A stretch of DNA of 64,000 nucleotides from Gemmatimonadaceae bacterium (GTDB lineage: Bacteria; Gemmatimonadota; Gemmatimonadetes; Gemmatimonadales; Gemmatimonadaceae), in NCBI GenBank assembly GCA_045803585.1, contig JBJMOT010000116.1, positions 5,219 through 69,218 on the forward strand, given 5' to 3'. The stretch's first letter is position 1; each line of letters begins with the position of its first letter. Both the position numbers and the translations under genes were made by a program. This document shows positions 1 to 9,488 of the stretch, in pieces. The notes beneath the pieces were generated by a model. That model was not told the origin of the DNA. It saw only the letters and a program-made list of their open reading frames with translations, and searched no databases.

Positions 1-1588
1 CAGGGATCTTCTTCGGCACCTTCACCGAGTGATCGTCCGGCCCATCGCGCATCGCCTGCTGTACCTTGTCGGCAGGCCAACCAAGCACCCATTCTGCCAA
101 TTCGTCCGGCTTCTCTAACCGGATGCAGCCGTGGCTGAAGGCGCGCACGTCCTTGTTGAACAACTCGTGATTCGGCGTATCGTGCAGGTAGATGTTGAAG
201 TCATTGGGGAAGAGAAACTTCACGAAGCCCAGCGCGTTCTTCGGCCCAGGCCGCTGACGTACTCCCGTCTGCCCGCCCTGATTGAACGTCTCCATGTTCT
301 GGCTCGCCATGTAAGCGCTACCCTTCGGAAAGATCTCCTTGGCCGCGATAGCTGGCGGGACATTCCAGTAAGGGCGGAATACCACCGTCTCCATGGAGTC
401 CGCGAAGACCGGTGTCGCCTTGTCCTGATACTCCTGCCCGACAATAACCTTCATCTCGAGGACCTTCTGGCCGCTGTCGTATGCTTCCAGCTTGAACGCC
501 GGCACGTTGACGAATATGTAGCGCTGGCCGAAAGTCCGCGGCAGCCACCGGTATCGTTCCATGTTCGCGGCGATTTCCGCGAGTCTGTAGCTGGCGGTAA
601 CGTTCATCGCGTCGATGGTCTCTTTGCCGAGCGCGCTGTCCACGTTGATGGAGTGCCGCTGCTGAAATACCGCGACCGCTCCGGCCAACCCATGATCGTA
701 GGTACCGGAACTCGACGTCGATGCGCGGGTCGCACTCGCTGAGTCCGACCCCCCCGCTGTCGCCTGAATTCCCTCGGCGGCGAGGCGGTTTCGAACGGCC
801 GCCAGAACGGCGGGACTGGCAGAAGCCCCCGGCTTCACGTTTCCGCTAACGGCGGGAACCGGTTGCCATCCGCCCTTGGCGACGATCGTCCGCCAGTTCT
901 GGAGCTCCTTGCTCAAACCCGCGTAGTCGTCGTCAGTCGGGCGCAGAGTCCCCAATGCCTGGTCGAGATGCTCGTAGCGAAGGTTGCGCACTAGCGCGCT
1001 GTCGATGTTTTCCTCTTCCGGGTCTACGTGCCACGCCTGCTGCATCGTGCGGGGATCGATCTGACCCGTCATCAAGTCTTCGCCGAGCGCGACGTAGGAT
1101 GCCGTAAGAAGAACATCGGCAGTAGCCAGCTGGTCGGCCGTCGGAGTCTTCGTCTGCTTGAGTGTGGCGATTGCCTGAGCGAGCGGACCGATGGGATAAT
1201 CATCCATCCGCATACCATCTGTGTTGGCGAGGAGGATCGCGTCGGTCAGCGCCTTCGTTCTCGTCTTATGAAGGCCATCCGACGAGAGCCACAGCGCGTT
1301 GTCGCCATAAAGTTTATAGAGCCGCTGGGTGTGTCCCCACTGGTCGTCGTCAATCTTGCCCGGCTTGGCTCCGGCCAGCTTGGTTTTCATCGAAGCTTCG
1401 ATCTGGGTCGCTGGCACTCCGGCCACTGAAGTGAGCTTCTCCGGAGCCCAGGTCTGCGGATTTTCCGGCTTGCTGGCGCGGGCAGTCTCGTTGACCTTGC
1501 AACCGGCCAAAAAGGATACGACCAACAGCAGAGCCAGTCTGGCTGCACGATGATGTGAGCGTATGGGGGCAGTGGTTAGGGCGGCCAT
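1..1588 (-). CDS. L,D-transpeptidase family lipoprotein (YcbB/LdtD-like); 3' end runs off the window
   Basis: Not in the ORF track because it is open at the window edge. Manual translation from ATG 1588 gives MAALTTAPIRSHHRAARLALLLVVSFLAGC (lipobox LAGC). Near 120-195 it reads YLHDTPNHELFNKDVRAFSHGCIRL, the YkuD catalytic H...SHGCIR motif. Confidence 0.88.
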   Translation of the reverse strand, partial: MAALTTAPIRSHHRAARLALLLVVSFLAGCKVNETARASKPENPQTWAPEKLTSVAGVPATQIEASMKTKLAGAKPGKIDDDQWGHTQRLYKLYGDNALWLSSDGLHKTRTKALTDAILLANTDGMRMDDYPIGPLAQAIATLKQTKTPTADQLATADVLLTASYVALGEDLMTGQIDPRTMQQAWHVDPEEENIDSALVRNLRYEHLDQALGTLRPTDDDYAGLSKELQNWRTIVAKGGWQPVPAVSGNVKPGASASPAVLAAVRNRLAAEGIQATAGGSDSASATRASTSSSGTYDHGLAGAVAVFQQRHSINVDSALGKETIDAMNVTASYRLAEIAANMERYRWLPRTFGQRYIFVNVPAFKLEAYDSGQKVLEMKVIVGQEYQDKATPVFADSMETVVFRPYWNVPPAIAAKEIFPKGSAYMASQNMETFNQGGQTGVRQRPGPKNALGFVKFLFPNDFNIYLHDTPNHELFNKDVRAFSHGCIRLEKPDELAEWVLGWPADKVQQAMRDGPDDHSVKVPKKIP

Positions 1589-1642
1589 AAGCGAATAACT
1601 CAGTGACGGGAAACAGTTTTTTTTACAGACAAACGCTGATAA

Positions 1643-1658
1643 GGCGAAAGTCGGGCCA
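1643..1658 (-). promoter_or_regulatory. Possible sigma-54 promoter for the L,D-transpeptidase gene
   Basis: Minus strand TGGCCCG-ACTT-TCGCC has GG-N10-GC spacing, about 55 nt upstream of the ATG. The -12 box deviates from TTGC. Confidence 0.35.
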
Positions 1659-1694
1659 AAAAGAACGCCGGCCTTTTGGGCCGGCGTCTGTTTT
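1658..1694. terminator. Intrinsic terminator, probably bidirectional
   Basis: Stem ACGCCGGCC-TTTTG-GGCCGGCGT flanked by an A-tract and a T-tract. Confidence 0.75.
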
Positions 1695-1787
1695 GTACCA
1701 TCGGGAAACGTCGAACTAAATCAACTGCAAACCACTGCCTTTACCCTGAATGCCGTCACGAGATGTCCCGACGTCGTGAACTGCCGC

Positions 1788-1847
1788 CTCGCTGCATTAG
1801 TTGCTTGCTGCTCGCACCCGTTCAGTTGCAGTTAGGACCTTTCAGCC
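1788..1847 (-). repeat. Intergenic motif copy A (candidate structured ncRNA)
   Basis: Minus strand GGCTGAAAGGTCCTAACTGCAACTGAACGGGTGCGAGCAG...TGCAGCGAG; related copies at 54572-54604 and 61364-61422. Confidence 0.6.
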
Positions 1848-1860
1848 TCGAGATGCCAGA

Positions 1861-3636
1861 CTATTGGACGCACTGCCCGTGCGGATCCGGCTTCGTCTTG
1901 TCAACAACCGGACGGTGATCGAGGTTCGCCACCTTCGTAGCGAGATCGGCGACGTACTCGGCTACCCGCGCCATGCGATCGTAATCGATGTACTGCGGCT
2001 CGTCGGTCACCTGATGATAGTCCGCGTGCCCACCGGTGGTGAAGAAAATGATCGGGATGCCGTAGCGGGCGTACTCATAATGGTCGCTGCGGCAGTAGAT
2101 GTTCTGCGGATGACCGTTCGCGTCCATTGAGTAATCGAAGCTCAAAGGATGTGTCTCGCCCTTGTTGACTGATTCCGCCAGATCGCCCAGCTCGGTAGAC
2201 AGCCGGCGCGAGCCAACGAGCTGAACGTAGTTTGGATTTCCATGATAGCGCTGGCCTTCCTTGGTGATGCCTGTGTTGTCGGCCGCGGCACCACGTCCCA
2301 CCATGTCCATGTTCAGCTGCGCGACAATCGAGTCCCGCGGGACGGTGGGATGGTCGGTGTACCATTCGGATCCGTAGAGGCCGGCCTCCTCGCCGACGTG
2401 CCAGACGAACAGCAGCGAGCGCTTTGGCTTCACTTTCTGTGCGGCGAAGTACTGCGCGATCTCGAGCGCGCTCACACTGCCCGAGCCGTCGTCATCTGCG
2501 CCGTTGTAAATCGAGTCGGGGCGCGCGGAGGCTCCGTTGGTTCTGCGGCGGATGTCGGCAATCAGCGAGTTGACGCGCAACTGCTGCGCGGCATCGAGCT
2601 GCGGAGGGCGATCGTCAGCGCCACCGGTGCGAAAAAGGTGGTTGACGATATAGATCGAGTCGTGCGCGACCGGACGAGTGCTCCAGCCGATGTGATCGTT
2701 GTGCGCGCCTATTGCGACGTACTCGTTGCGAAGCTTGGGATCGCTGCCACGAATTACCGCGACCACGTTTCGCGCGGGAAATTCAGGAGCAGTTTCTGCA
2801 AACTTCGGCGTAGAAGTCACGGTCGCACCGAGCGCCCCGGCCTTTACGCTGTCGACATTTCCGTTCATGAGCGCATCGGCAACGCGCTTGTTGACGTACA
2901 GGAAACTCGGCAGCTCAGGATCAGTCTCGTCCTTCAGCAGCTGATTCGGCTGCTGGAAGATCTGAATCATCTGCGGTGGCATGGCCTCGAGGCTGGCCAC
3001 GGCAATTCCCGCCGCGTTCGCAAAGCGACGGGTGGCGGTCGCCCTGTTGATGCCCCCGCCGGAGTTCTGGGTGACCCCGTTCGGATTGACTCGCAGCACG
3101 ACGAGCTTACCGGCCGCGGCCGCCGGATCGAGGAGTGACGACGAGTCACCCCATGTTCCGCCGAATACTGCCTGCACTCCGTCGAGACTGCGGGCAGCCG
3201 AACCCTGATCGCGTGCGGCGAAGTCGGTCCATGGAGCGAATGAGGTCGAACCGACAGTCAGGCGCGACGCCACGTCGTACTTCCGGTCGACGACGTTCAC
3301 CGACTGGAAAAAGGTGCCGTTATCTCCGGCTGGCTCGAGACCCATCCGCTTCAGCTCGGCGGCAATGTACTCCACACCCTTCGCGTTGCCTGCGGTCGCC
3401 AGCAAGCGCCCCTGCATCGAATCGTCCGCGAATATGTAGAGCCTGGTCTTGAGATCGGCGGCAGTAATCGCTGAGGTGGTCGGAGTGGGCACGTGAGTGC
3501 GACCCCGCATCAGCACATCCCAGCTCGGCGCGACCCCGCCTTCCGATGGGGTCGTGACTGCCTGTTGGGCGCCGGCGGATCCAGCGATGAACAGGCCTGC
3601 AATAACGCGAGTTAATCTCTGTACGGAGGTTGTCAT
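1861..3636 (-). CDS. Exported M28 family metallopeptidase
   Basis: Signal peptide; Zn-ligand motifs GAHNDH, NGADDDGSG, GEEAGL, LNMDMVGR, SDH and YH. Confidence 0.9.
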   Translation of the reverse strand: MTTSVQRLTRVIAGLFIAGSAGAQQAVTTPSEGGVAPSWDVLMRGRTHVPTPTTSAITAADLKTRLYIFADDSMQGRLLATAGNAKGVEYIAAELKRMGLEPAGDNGTFFQSVNVVDRKYDVASRLTVGSTSFAPWTDFAARDQGSAARSLDGVQAVFGGTWGDSSSLLDPAAAAGKLVVLRVNPNGVTQNSGGGINRATATRRFANAAGIAVASLEAMPPQMIQIFQQPNQLLKDETDPELPSFLYVNKRVADALMNGNVDSVKAGALGATVTSTPKFAETAPEFPARNVVAVIRGSDPKLRNEYVAIGAHNDHIGWSTRPVAHDSIYIVNHLFRTGGADDRPPQLDAAQQLRVNSLIADIRRRTNGASARPDSIYNGADDDGSGSVSALEIAQYFAAQKVKPKRSLLFVWHVGEEAGLYGSEWYTDHPTVPRDSIVAQLNMDMVGRGAAADNTGITKEGQRYHGNPNYVQLVGSRRLSTELGDLAESVNKGETHPLSFDYSMDANGHPQNIYCRSDHYEYARYGIPIIFFTTGGHADYHQVTDEPQYIDYDRMARVAEYVADLATKVANLDHRPVVDKTKPDPHGQCVQ

Positions 3637-3715
3637 GAATGGGAGAAAAAGGTTGGTGGTGGCCGGTGAAACTTAGACACCGCGGACGCCACAAATGTCC
3701 GCATAGACACAGGAT

Positions 3716-4189
3716 TTACAAGCGACTCGAGGACATCGCCCTAATTACCTCCTGGAAGCGCTGAATGCCGCGTCCCAGCTCGGCGAGGCCTTTGTCGTCC
3801 AGCGCCTCCACTGAGTCCGTGAGCAGCCTCACCCGACGCGCTCGGCCGGCCGCGAGCACCCGCTGCCCCTTCGGTGTCGATTCGATCCTGGTCAGCCGGC
3901 GGTCGTGGGCATCGGCAACGCGTTTGACGAGCCCGGCTTTCTCCAGCCCGGTCACGATCCTTGTCATCGTCGGCGGCCGTACCTGCTCGGCGCGGGCGAG
4001 CGCACCCAGTGTGACGGGACCGCCGAACACCACTACCGATAGCGCCGACAGGCGGGGCGCCGAGAGTCCGCTGGCGTCGTCCTCCTTGCGCAACGTTCTC
4101 AGCAGATGGATCGCAGCGGAATGGAGCGCATCGGCCAAAGCTTTAGAGTTTTCCGTTCGTGGGCGGCGCGCCGGGGAGCGCCCCCTCAC
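3716..4189 (-). CDS. MarR family transcriptional regulator
   Basis: wHTH pattern LGALARAEQVRPPTMTRIVTGLEKAGLVKR...DRR. Start placed at GTG 4189, overlapping the upstream TGA (GTGA). Confidence 0.88.
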   Translation of the reverse strand: MRGRSPARRPRTENSKALADALHSAAIHLLRTLRKEDDASGLSAPRLSALSVVVFGGPVTLGALARAEQVRPPTMTRIVTGLEKAGLVKRVADAHDRRLTRIESTPKGQRVLAAGRARRVRLLTDSVEALDDKGLAELGRGIQRFQEVIRAMSSSRL

Positions 4190-4578
4190 GCCGTAGCGAC
4201 TTCGCTCATTAGACTGACCACATTCCCCTGGCCATCTGCTACCGACGCGAGCCAAATCTCCTGGCCGTTCATCCGCGCGATCACGTGGGGCTCCTCCAGG
4301 CTCTTTGCGCCCGAGGCTTTGATTTTCGCGTGCGTTGCTTTGATGTCGCTGACGTCGTAAAACACCACCGGATGTTGTTTCGGACCGTCGGGGCCCTGAG
4401 CTTCCGGTCCCGCCAGCATGAGTCTGACGCCACCGCAGTCGAAGAACGAAAGAGCCGGAGGCGCGTCGAAGAGATGTCGCATACCGAGCGTGTCGCCGTA
4501 GAAGGCTTTAGCCTCGTCCACGGAATCGACTGGCAGGGCGATCTGTTTAATGCGAGAGAGTGAGACGTCGTTCGCCAT
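4186..4578 (-). CDS. VOC/glyoxalase family protein
   Basis: 130 aa with QIALPV...AKAFYGDTLG and terminal DGQGNVVSL, a typical glyoxalase/bleomycin-resistance fold. Confidence 0.88.
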   Translation of the reverse strand: MANDVSLSRIKQIALPVDSVDEAKAFYGDTLGMRHLFDAPPALSFFDCGGVRLMLAGPEAQGPDGPKQHPVVFYDVSDIKATHAKIKASGAKSLEEPHVIARMNGQEIWLASVADGQGNVVSLMSEVATA

Positions 4579-4583
4579 ACAAA

Positions 4584-4637
4584 AGCCCCGATATCGTTAG
4601 CACAGCTAACGATATCCGGGGCTACTTACGCCCGCAA
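4584..4637 (-). promoter_or_regulatory. Sigma-70-type promoter overlapped by a palindromic operator (probable MarR site); the hairpin may also terminate the upstream gene
   Basis: Perfect 12-bp arms GATATCGTTAGC-ACA-GCTAACGATATC (4590-4616). Minus-strand -35 TTGCGG (4632-4637), 17 nt, then -10 TATCGT (4609-4614). The extended stem is followed by TTTT. Confidence 0.7.
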
Positions 4638-4648
4638 GATCCAGCGCC

Positions 4649-7360
4649 TCAGTCGGGCGGAGCTACCCGCGCCTTTTCCTTGGATCGGAGCTCTTTCTCG
4701 ACCATTTCGCCGAGGTCGCGCAGAGTCTCGCCGTCTTCCTCGCTGAACTCGCGCGGCGCTTTATCCATGATGCAGAGAGTCCCAACGTTGTGACCCCCGG
4801 GTCCACGCACCGGCTGCGCGGCGTAGAAGCGGATGTGCGGCTCGTCGACCACCAGTGGGTTCTCGGCGAATCGAGGGTCGAGTGCCATGTCCTCGACGAC
4901 GAAAATCTCGCTGCCCGTAATGGCGTGACCGCAGAACGAGAGAACGCGTGAGCTGTCCGGAACGGCCAGGCCCTGCTTGGACTTGAACCACTGCCGCTCG
5001 CCTTCGACGAAGGAGATGCCCGCGAACGGAGCGGCGAAAACCTTGGCGGCCATGCGCGTAATCTTATCGAAGCGCTCCTCTGGCTTCGCGTCCACCGCGG
5101 CGCTGAGTCGGAATTCCACCAGCCGTTCCGCCTCGTCCTGCGGAATGAGCGGGCGCATTACTTCTTCCGTCTCGGACCAGAGGCCGCGACTCCTCATTAC
5201 CGCCGTCACCCGCGCGCGGAACCGCCCCGGATCGAGCGGCTCGTAAAGGACGTCGTCGACCCCCTGGGACAACAGATCGGTCGTTTGGGTCTCAGTTCCC
5301 TCGGGTGCGATCACGATGATTGGCATATCGACCAGACCGACCACGGTGCGCGCGGCGTGTACGACCTGCCGCCCATCCAGAATCGGCAGCTTCAGACCCA
5401 CCACCAATGCGTCAGGCGGATCCTGCGCCAGAATCCCCAGCGCCGCAGCGCCGTCGTTGGCGATCTGTACCGCGAAGCGCGACTCGACCAGAATTTCGTT
5501 GAACTTCACCCGATCCGTTTTGTCGCCGACGGCCAGTAGAACTCTCGATGGCTTGGCGACGCCGTTCTCGTCGAGCTCGGCGACGAACTCGGAGTTCACG
5601 CGAGGCGTGTTGCTGCGCGGGGTCCGGCGCCGCTCGAATTCGGTGTACGGAATCACTTCCTCGGCCGTGGTATCGCCTTCCGCGATGTGCCACAGTGCGT
5701 CGTTGTCGAAGGTGTGAATCGCGTGGGTGCGGAGAGCATGGGCGCGGATCTCGTCGGCGGTCTTGCCTGTTGTGATCATCGCGCGCAGCTCCGGAGTGAT
5801 CTCCAGGAACTCGATGATCGGAAGGCGACCGCTGTAACCCGTGAAGCCGCATTCGGCGCAGCCGGTGGCTTTGACGTGCCTGGCCTTTCCGAACACGCGC
5901 TGCTGCGCGGAGCGAATCATCGGATGAAGCTCTTCGACGGGAGCCTCGAAGCGGCAATGCGGGCAAACCTTACGCACCAGACGTTGCGCGGTGACGCCGA
6001 TGAGGCCGGCGGCGACGCGGAACGGCTCCACGCCAATGTTCGACAGTCGAGGAATCGCGCCGATGGCGTCGTTGGTGTGCAGCGTCGACAGCACCAGGTG
6101 ACCGGTCATCGCGGCCTGGAAGGCGATAGTCGCCGTCTCCATGTCGCGAATTTCACCGACGAGCAGCACGTCAGGGTCCTGGCGGAGCACCGAGCGCAAC
6201 ACTCCGGCGAATGTCAGTCCCTGCTTCTCGTTCACCTGCACCTGGTTGACGCCGCTCAGCCGGTACTCGACCGGATCCTCGACGGTGACAATGTTGACGG
6301 CCTCCCCGCGGCGGGTGTTGAGCGCGGCGTAGAGCGTCGTCGTTTTTCCGGACCCGGTAGGGCCGGTGACGAGCAGGATGCCCTGCTCGCGCATCAGCAG
6401 TGCCTTGAATCTCTCCAGCACCTCCGGCATGAAGCCGAGCGTACCCATCGAAACCTGGACCGACTTCTCGTTGAGAAGTCGCATGACGACCTTCTCGCCA
6501 ACACGCGTCGGGAGAACCGAAACGCGGAGCGCCACTTCTTCTCCGCCGACGCGCACTTTGGCGCGGCCGTCCTGCGGGCGGAAACGCTCGGCGACATCGA
6601 GGTCTGACATGATCTTGATGCGCGAGACTACCGGCCCGACGCCAATGAAACGCGGCAGCACCATGATGTTCTTGAGCAGACCATCGATGCGGAATCTTAC
6701 GAGCGTCGAAGCCTCGTCGTGCTCGATGTGGATGTCGGAAGCGCGAAGCTTGATGGCGTTGGCGATGATTGCATCGACAAGCTTGATGACCGGCGCGTGG
6801 ACGCGAGCCATTTGCGCGGCGTCTTCCTCCTGCTCCTTCACTTCCTCCACACCAGCTGCCTGATCGAGCTTCTCGATGAGACCGTAGATCATCGCGTCGG
6901 GACGGAGGGTCTCCTGAACGAGTTTGTCGAGCTGACCGGGCGGGCAGAAAAGCGGGGTGACCTCGCGGCTCGTGGCCCAGCTAACGCGCTGAATGGCCTC
7001 CTGGTCGAGCGGGTTCGCCATCGCCAGGTGGACCATCCGGCTGTCGACCTTGACCGGGAGAACACTGTGCTCCCGACAAAGCTTTTCCGGCAGGATCTGC
7101 ATCGCGTTCTTGTCGATGGCGCCTGGACTTAGATCGACATAGTCGATGCGGAAAGCGTCCTTGACGACCTCGGCGATCTCCTTGAAGGAGAGGACGTCGC
7201 CATCGATTAGGGCCTGCGCAATGTACGGTTTCTGCTGGAAGCGCCACCGCTTTATCAGCTCCGGCGTGACGCCGGGCATGGTCCCGACCAGGGAGACCAG
7301 CCACTCGTCCTTGAAGCGGAATTTTCGCTCGTTTGGCTGCGCGTCAGCAGGTATCGTCAT
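4649..7360 (-). CDS. GspE/PilB family secretion ATPase with C-terminal receiver-like and GAF domains
   Basis: Walker A GPTGSGKTT, Asp box VEDPVE, Walker B LLVGEIRD, His box TGHLVLSTLH and CPHC/CAEC Zn motif. Then a REC-like segment and a GAF segment (EERFDKIT...QWFKS...SFCGHAI...IRFYAAQP...GTLCIMD). Confidence 0.9.
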   Translation of the reverse strand: MTIPADAQPNERKFRFKDEWLVSLVGTMPGVTPELIKRWRFQQKPYIAQALIDGDVLSFKEIAEVVKDAFRIDYVDLSPGAIDKNAMQILPEKLCREHSVLPVKVDSRMVHLAMANPLDQEAIQRVSWATSREVTPLFCPPGQLDKLVQETLRPDAMIYGLIEKLDQAAGVEEVKEQEEDAAQMARVHAPVIKLVDAIIANAIKLRASDIHIEHDEASTLVRFRIDGLLKNIMVLPRFIGVGPVVSRIKIMSDLDVAERFRPQDGRAKVRVGGEEVALRVSVLPTRVGEKVVMRLLNEKSVQVSMGTLGFMPEVLERFKALLMREQGILLVTGPTGSGKTTTLYAALNTRRGEAVNIVTVEDPVEYRLSGVNQVQVNEKQGLTFAGVLRSVLRQDPDVLLVGEIRDMETATIAFQAAMTGHLVLSTLHTNDAIGAIPRLSNIGVEPFRVAAGLIGVTAQRLVRKVCPHCRFEAPVEELHPMIRSAQQRVFGKARHVKATGCAECGFTGYSGRLPIIEFLEITPELRAMITTGKTADEIRAHALRTHAIHTFDNDALWHIAEGDTTAEEVIPYTEFERRRTPRSNTPRVNSEFVAELDENGVAKPSRVLLAVGDKTDRVKFNEILVESRFAVQIANDGAAALGILAQDPPDALVVGLKLPILDGRQVVHAARTVVGLVDMPIIVIAPEGTETQTTDLLSQGVDDVLYEPLDPGRFRARVTAVMRSRGLWSETEEVMRPLIPQDEAERLVEFRLSAAVDAKPEERFDKITRMAAKVFAAPFAGISFVEGERQWFKSKQGLAVPDSSRVLSFCGHAITGSEIFVVEDMALDPRFAENPLVVDEPHIRFYAAQPVRGPGGHNVGTLCIMDKAPREFSEEDGETLRDLGEMVEKELRSKEKARVAPPD

Positions 7361-7657
7361 GTCTTCCGGTGCGGCTACTTCTGTCCTGCTGCTCTATAGA
7401 TGGCAGGCGTGTAAATGACTGTTTCGTCCCCTCGAAGATAACACCGGCGCCCGAGGACCATACCGTAATCCGGACTAGCCGTAAGAGCACCTGGCCAACG
7501 GCGTTCTATCACAAAAAAGCGTGTCGTATCATGCGACGGGACATCGCAAACCGCGCCCGGTTCGCTATTTGCCTATTGTAACGCAAAAGGAGCGCGGGGC
7601 TGGTCAGCCCGCGCATTCATCTATTGCCGTCCCAGTTGGGGCAGATTCCGGGTTCGT

Positions 7658-8422
7658 ATGGCAACTGCATCGATCCAAACAAGCGCTCAACTGCCCCAGA
7701 ACGGGTCGGAACCGACTGACGCCGCAGTTCAAACGAGCATCAGAAACAAGATTTTGAATCTTCTTCCTGCATCAGAGCTGGAAGTAGTTCTTTCCAGGTG
7801 TGAGACAGTGACGATTCAATCGAAGGCAGTCGTGTGGGAGCGGGAGGCACCGGTCACACACGTCTTTTTCCCCGAAGATTGTGTGATCTCGCTGGTCACC
7901 GAGATGGAGGATGGCGATTCGGTGGAGGCAATGACCGTCGGCAGCGACGGCTTCGCGGGCATGGCGGTGTTCCACGGCGCCGGGTCGTCCCGCCTGAAGG
8001 CGATCGGGCAGATCACGGGCACCGCGCATCGCATGACGGCGGAAGCTTTCAACCAACTCACGGCAGAATGTGAGACTTTCGACGACCTGCTGCATCGATA
8101 TAGCCAGTTCGTGTTCGAGACCGTCGCCCAATCCGCTGCGTGCAACCGTCTTCACGTCATCGAGCAGCGGTGCGCGCGCTGGCTGCTGATGTCACAGGAT
8201 CGGGTGGGTCGCAACCGCTTCGATCTGACCCAGGAATTTCTCGCCGAGATGCTGGGCGTGCGCCGGCCGGGCGTGACGGTAGCGATGGGAATCCTGGAGA
8301 AGGCGGGTCTGATAGCTCACACCCGCGGAACGATCTCGGTAGTGGATCGCTCCGGGTTGGAGGCGGCATCTTGTGAGTGCTACCGGGCGATCAAGAATCG
8401 GCAGCAGAAGCTGATCGCCTGA
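7658..8422 (+). CDS. Crp/Fnr family transcriptional regulator
   Basis: cNMP-binding-like N-terminus, ACNRLH..EQRCARWLL, and HTH LTQEFLAEMLGVRRPGVT. Confidence 0.92.
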   Translation: MATASIQTSAQLPQNGSEPTDAAVQTSIRNKILNLLPASELEVVLSRCETVTIQSKAVVWEREAPVTHVFFPEDCVISLVTEMEDGDSVEAMTVGSDGFAGMAVFHGAGSSRLKAIGQITGTAHRMTAEAFNQLTAECETFDDLLHRYSQFVFETVAQSAACNRLHVIEQRCARWLLMSQDRVGRNRFDLTQEFLAEMLGVRRPGVTVAMGILEKAGLIAHTRGTISVVDRSGLEAASCECYRAIKNRQQKLIA

Positions 8423-8450
8423 GGACTTCTGCTTCCGGCTGGGGCCGGAG

Positions 8451-9488
8451 TTAGGCCGAAACAGTTTGTAGCAGCGGCATCACCGTCTCCGCGAACCGCT
8501 CCATCTCCTCCAGCTGCGGACTGAATTGCAGCAACAGCAGGTCCACCCCAACCGCTTCGAGCGCTCGAATGCGATCGGCGACCTGCTCGGCGGTGCCGAC
8601 CAGTCCCGCCCGCAACCCACGGTTAGACACGGAGTAATCCTCCAGACTCACCTGTTGCTCGAGCGCAGTGTGTGAGATCCAGTCCTGATAGTTCTGATAC
8701 CCAGGCGATCCGGGATTCACGTTGGTGATCCGGGCCAGCTCGCTCGCCGCCTCTTCTTCTGTGTCCCGCACGATCGCGTAGGCCGCAACGCCGTACTGCA
8801 TGGGGCCCAATCCCAGCTTCTCGCGTCGTGCGGTCATGTCGGCAATTTTCGGAGCGACGTTTGCCGGCGGATCGCCATGCATGACGTAAGCGTCGCAGGT
8901 GCGCGAGATCAGCTCTTTCGCCGCGGGACTCTCACCACCGGCGTAGATGGTCGGTCGCGGACGGCGAGACGGCTTCGGCTCGAGGATCGTTTCCTCGACT
9001 TTGTAGTGGCGGCCAGAGTAGCTGAATCGCGAATCTCTCCAGACTCCGTTGACCACCTGCAGCCACTCGTCGGTGCGGGCGTAGCGATCGTCGTGCTCCT
9101 CGAAATTGATGCCGTAACGCCGCGCCTCGTCTTTCCACCACGAGGAAACGACGTTGAGCGCAAGGCGGCCACCCGAGATGCGATCGATATTCGCCGCCTG
9201 CTTGGCGAAGATCGCCGGCTCGTGAAACGTCGGGCGCACCGCGACCATCAGCTCGAGGCGTTCGGTGACAGCAGCCAGCGCCGCCGCGGTTGACCATGCC
9301 TCGAGTGAGTCCGCGTCGATGCCCTTTATGTCGTTCATGAACAGCTCGGCGATCAGTGTAATGTCGAATCCGATCTGCTCGCTTCGCTGTGCCAGGCGCT
9401 TCACGTACTCCCAGGTCGGGGACATTCCCTCGTCTGGAACGTTCCGCAGCCAGCCGCCGAAGACGGGGAGCCAATAGCCGTATCGCAT
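8451..9488 (-). CDS. LLM-class flavin-dependent monooxygenase (SsuD/SfnG-like)
   Basis: YGYWLPVFGGW N-terminus, EAWSTAAALAA, SGGRLALNVV, YAGGES, GLVGT. Confidence 0.88.
   Translation of the reverse strand: MRYGYWLPVFGGWLRNVPDEGMSPTWEYVKRLAQRSEQIGFDITLIAELFMNDIKGIDADSLEAWSTAAALAAVTERLELMVAVRPTFHEPAIFAKQAANIDRISGGRLALNVVSSWWKDEARRYGINFEEHDDRYARTDEWLQVVNGVWRDSRFSYSGRHYKVEETILEPKPSRRPRPTIYAGGESPAAKELISRTCDAYVMHGDPPANVAPKIADMTARREKLGLGPMQYGVAAYAIVRDTEEEAASELARITNVNPGSPGYQNYQDWISHTALEQQVSLEDYSVSNRGLRAGLVGTAEQVADRIRALEAVGVDLLLLQFSPQLEEMERFAETVMPLLQTVSA

Noticed and set aside
131-1553. Plus-strand ORFs listed at the window start
   Set aside because: They are antisense to the minus-strand L,D-transpeptidase that the ORF track missed.
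7361-7657. Crp/Fnr binding site in the divergent promoter region
   Set aside because: Only weak palindromes such as GTCGTATCATGCGAC; no TGTGA-N6-TCACA or TTGAT-N4-ATCAA match.
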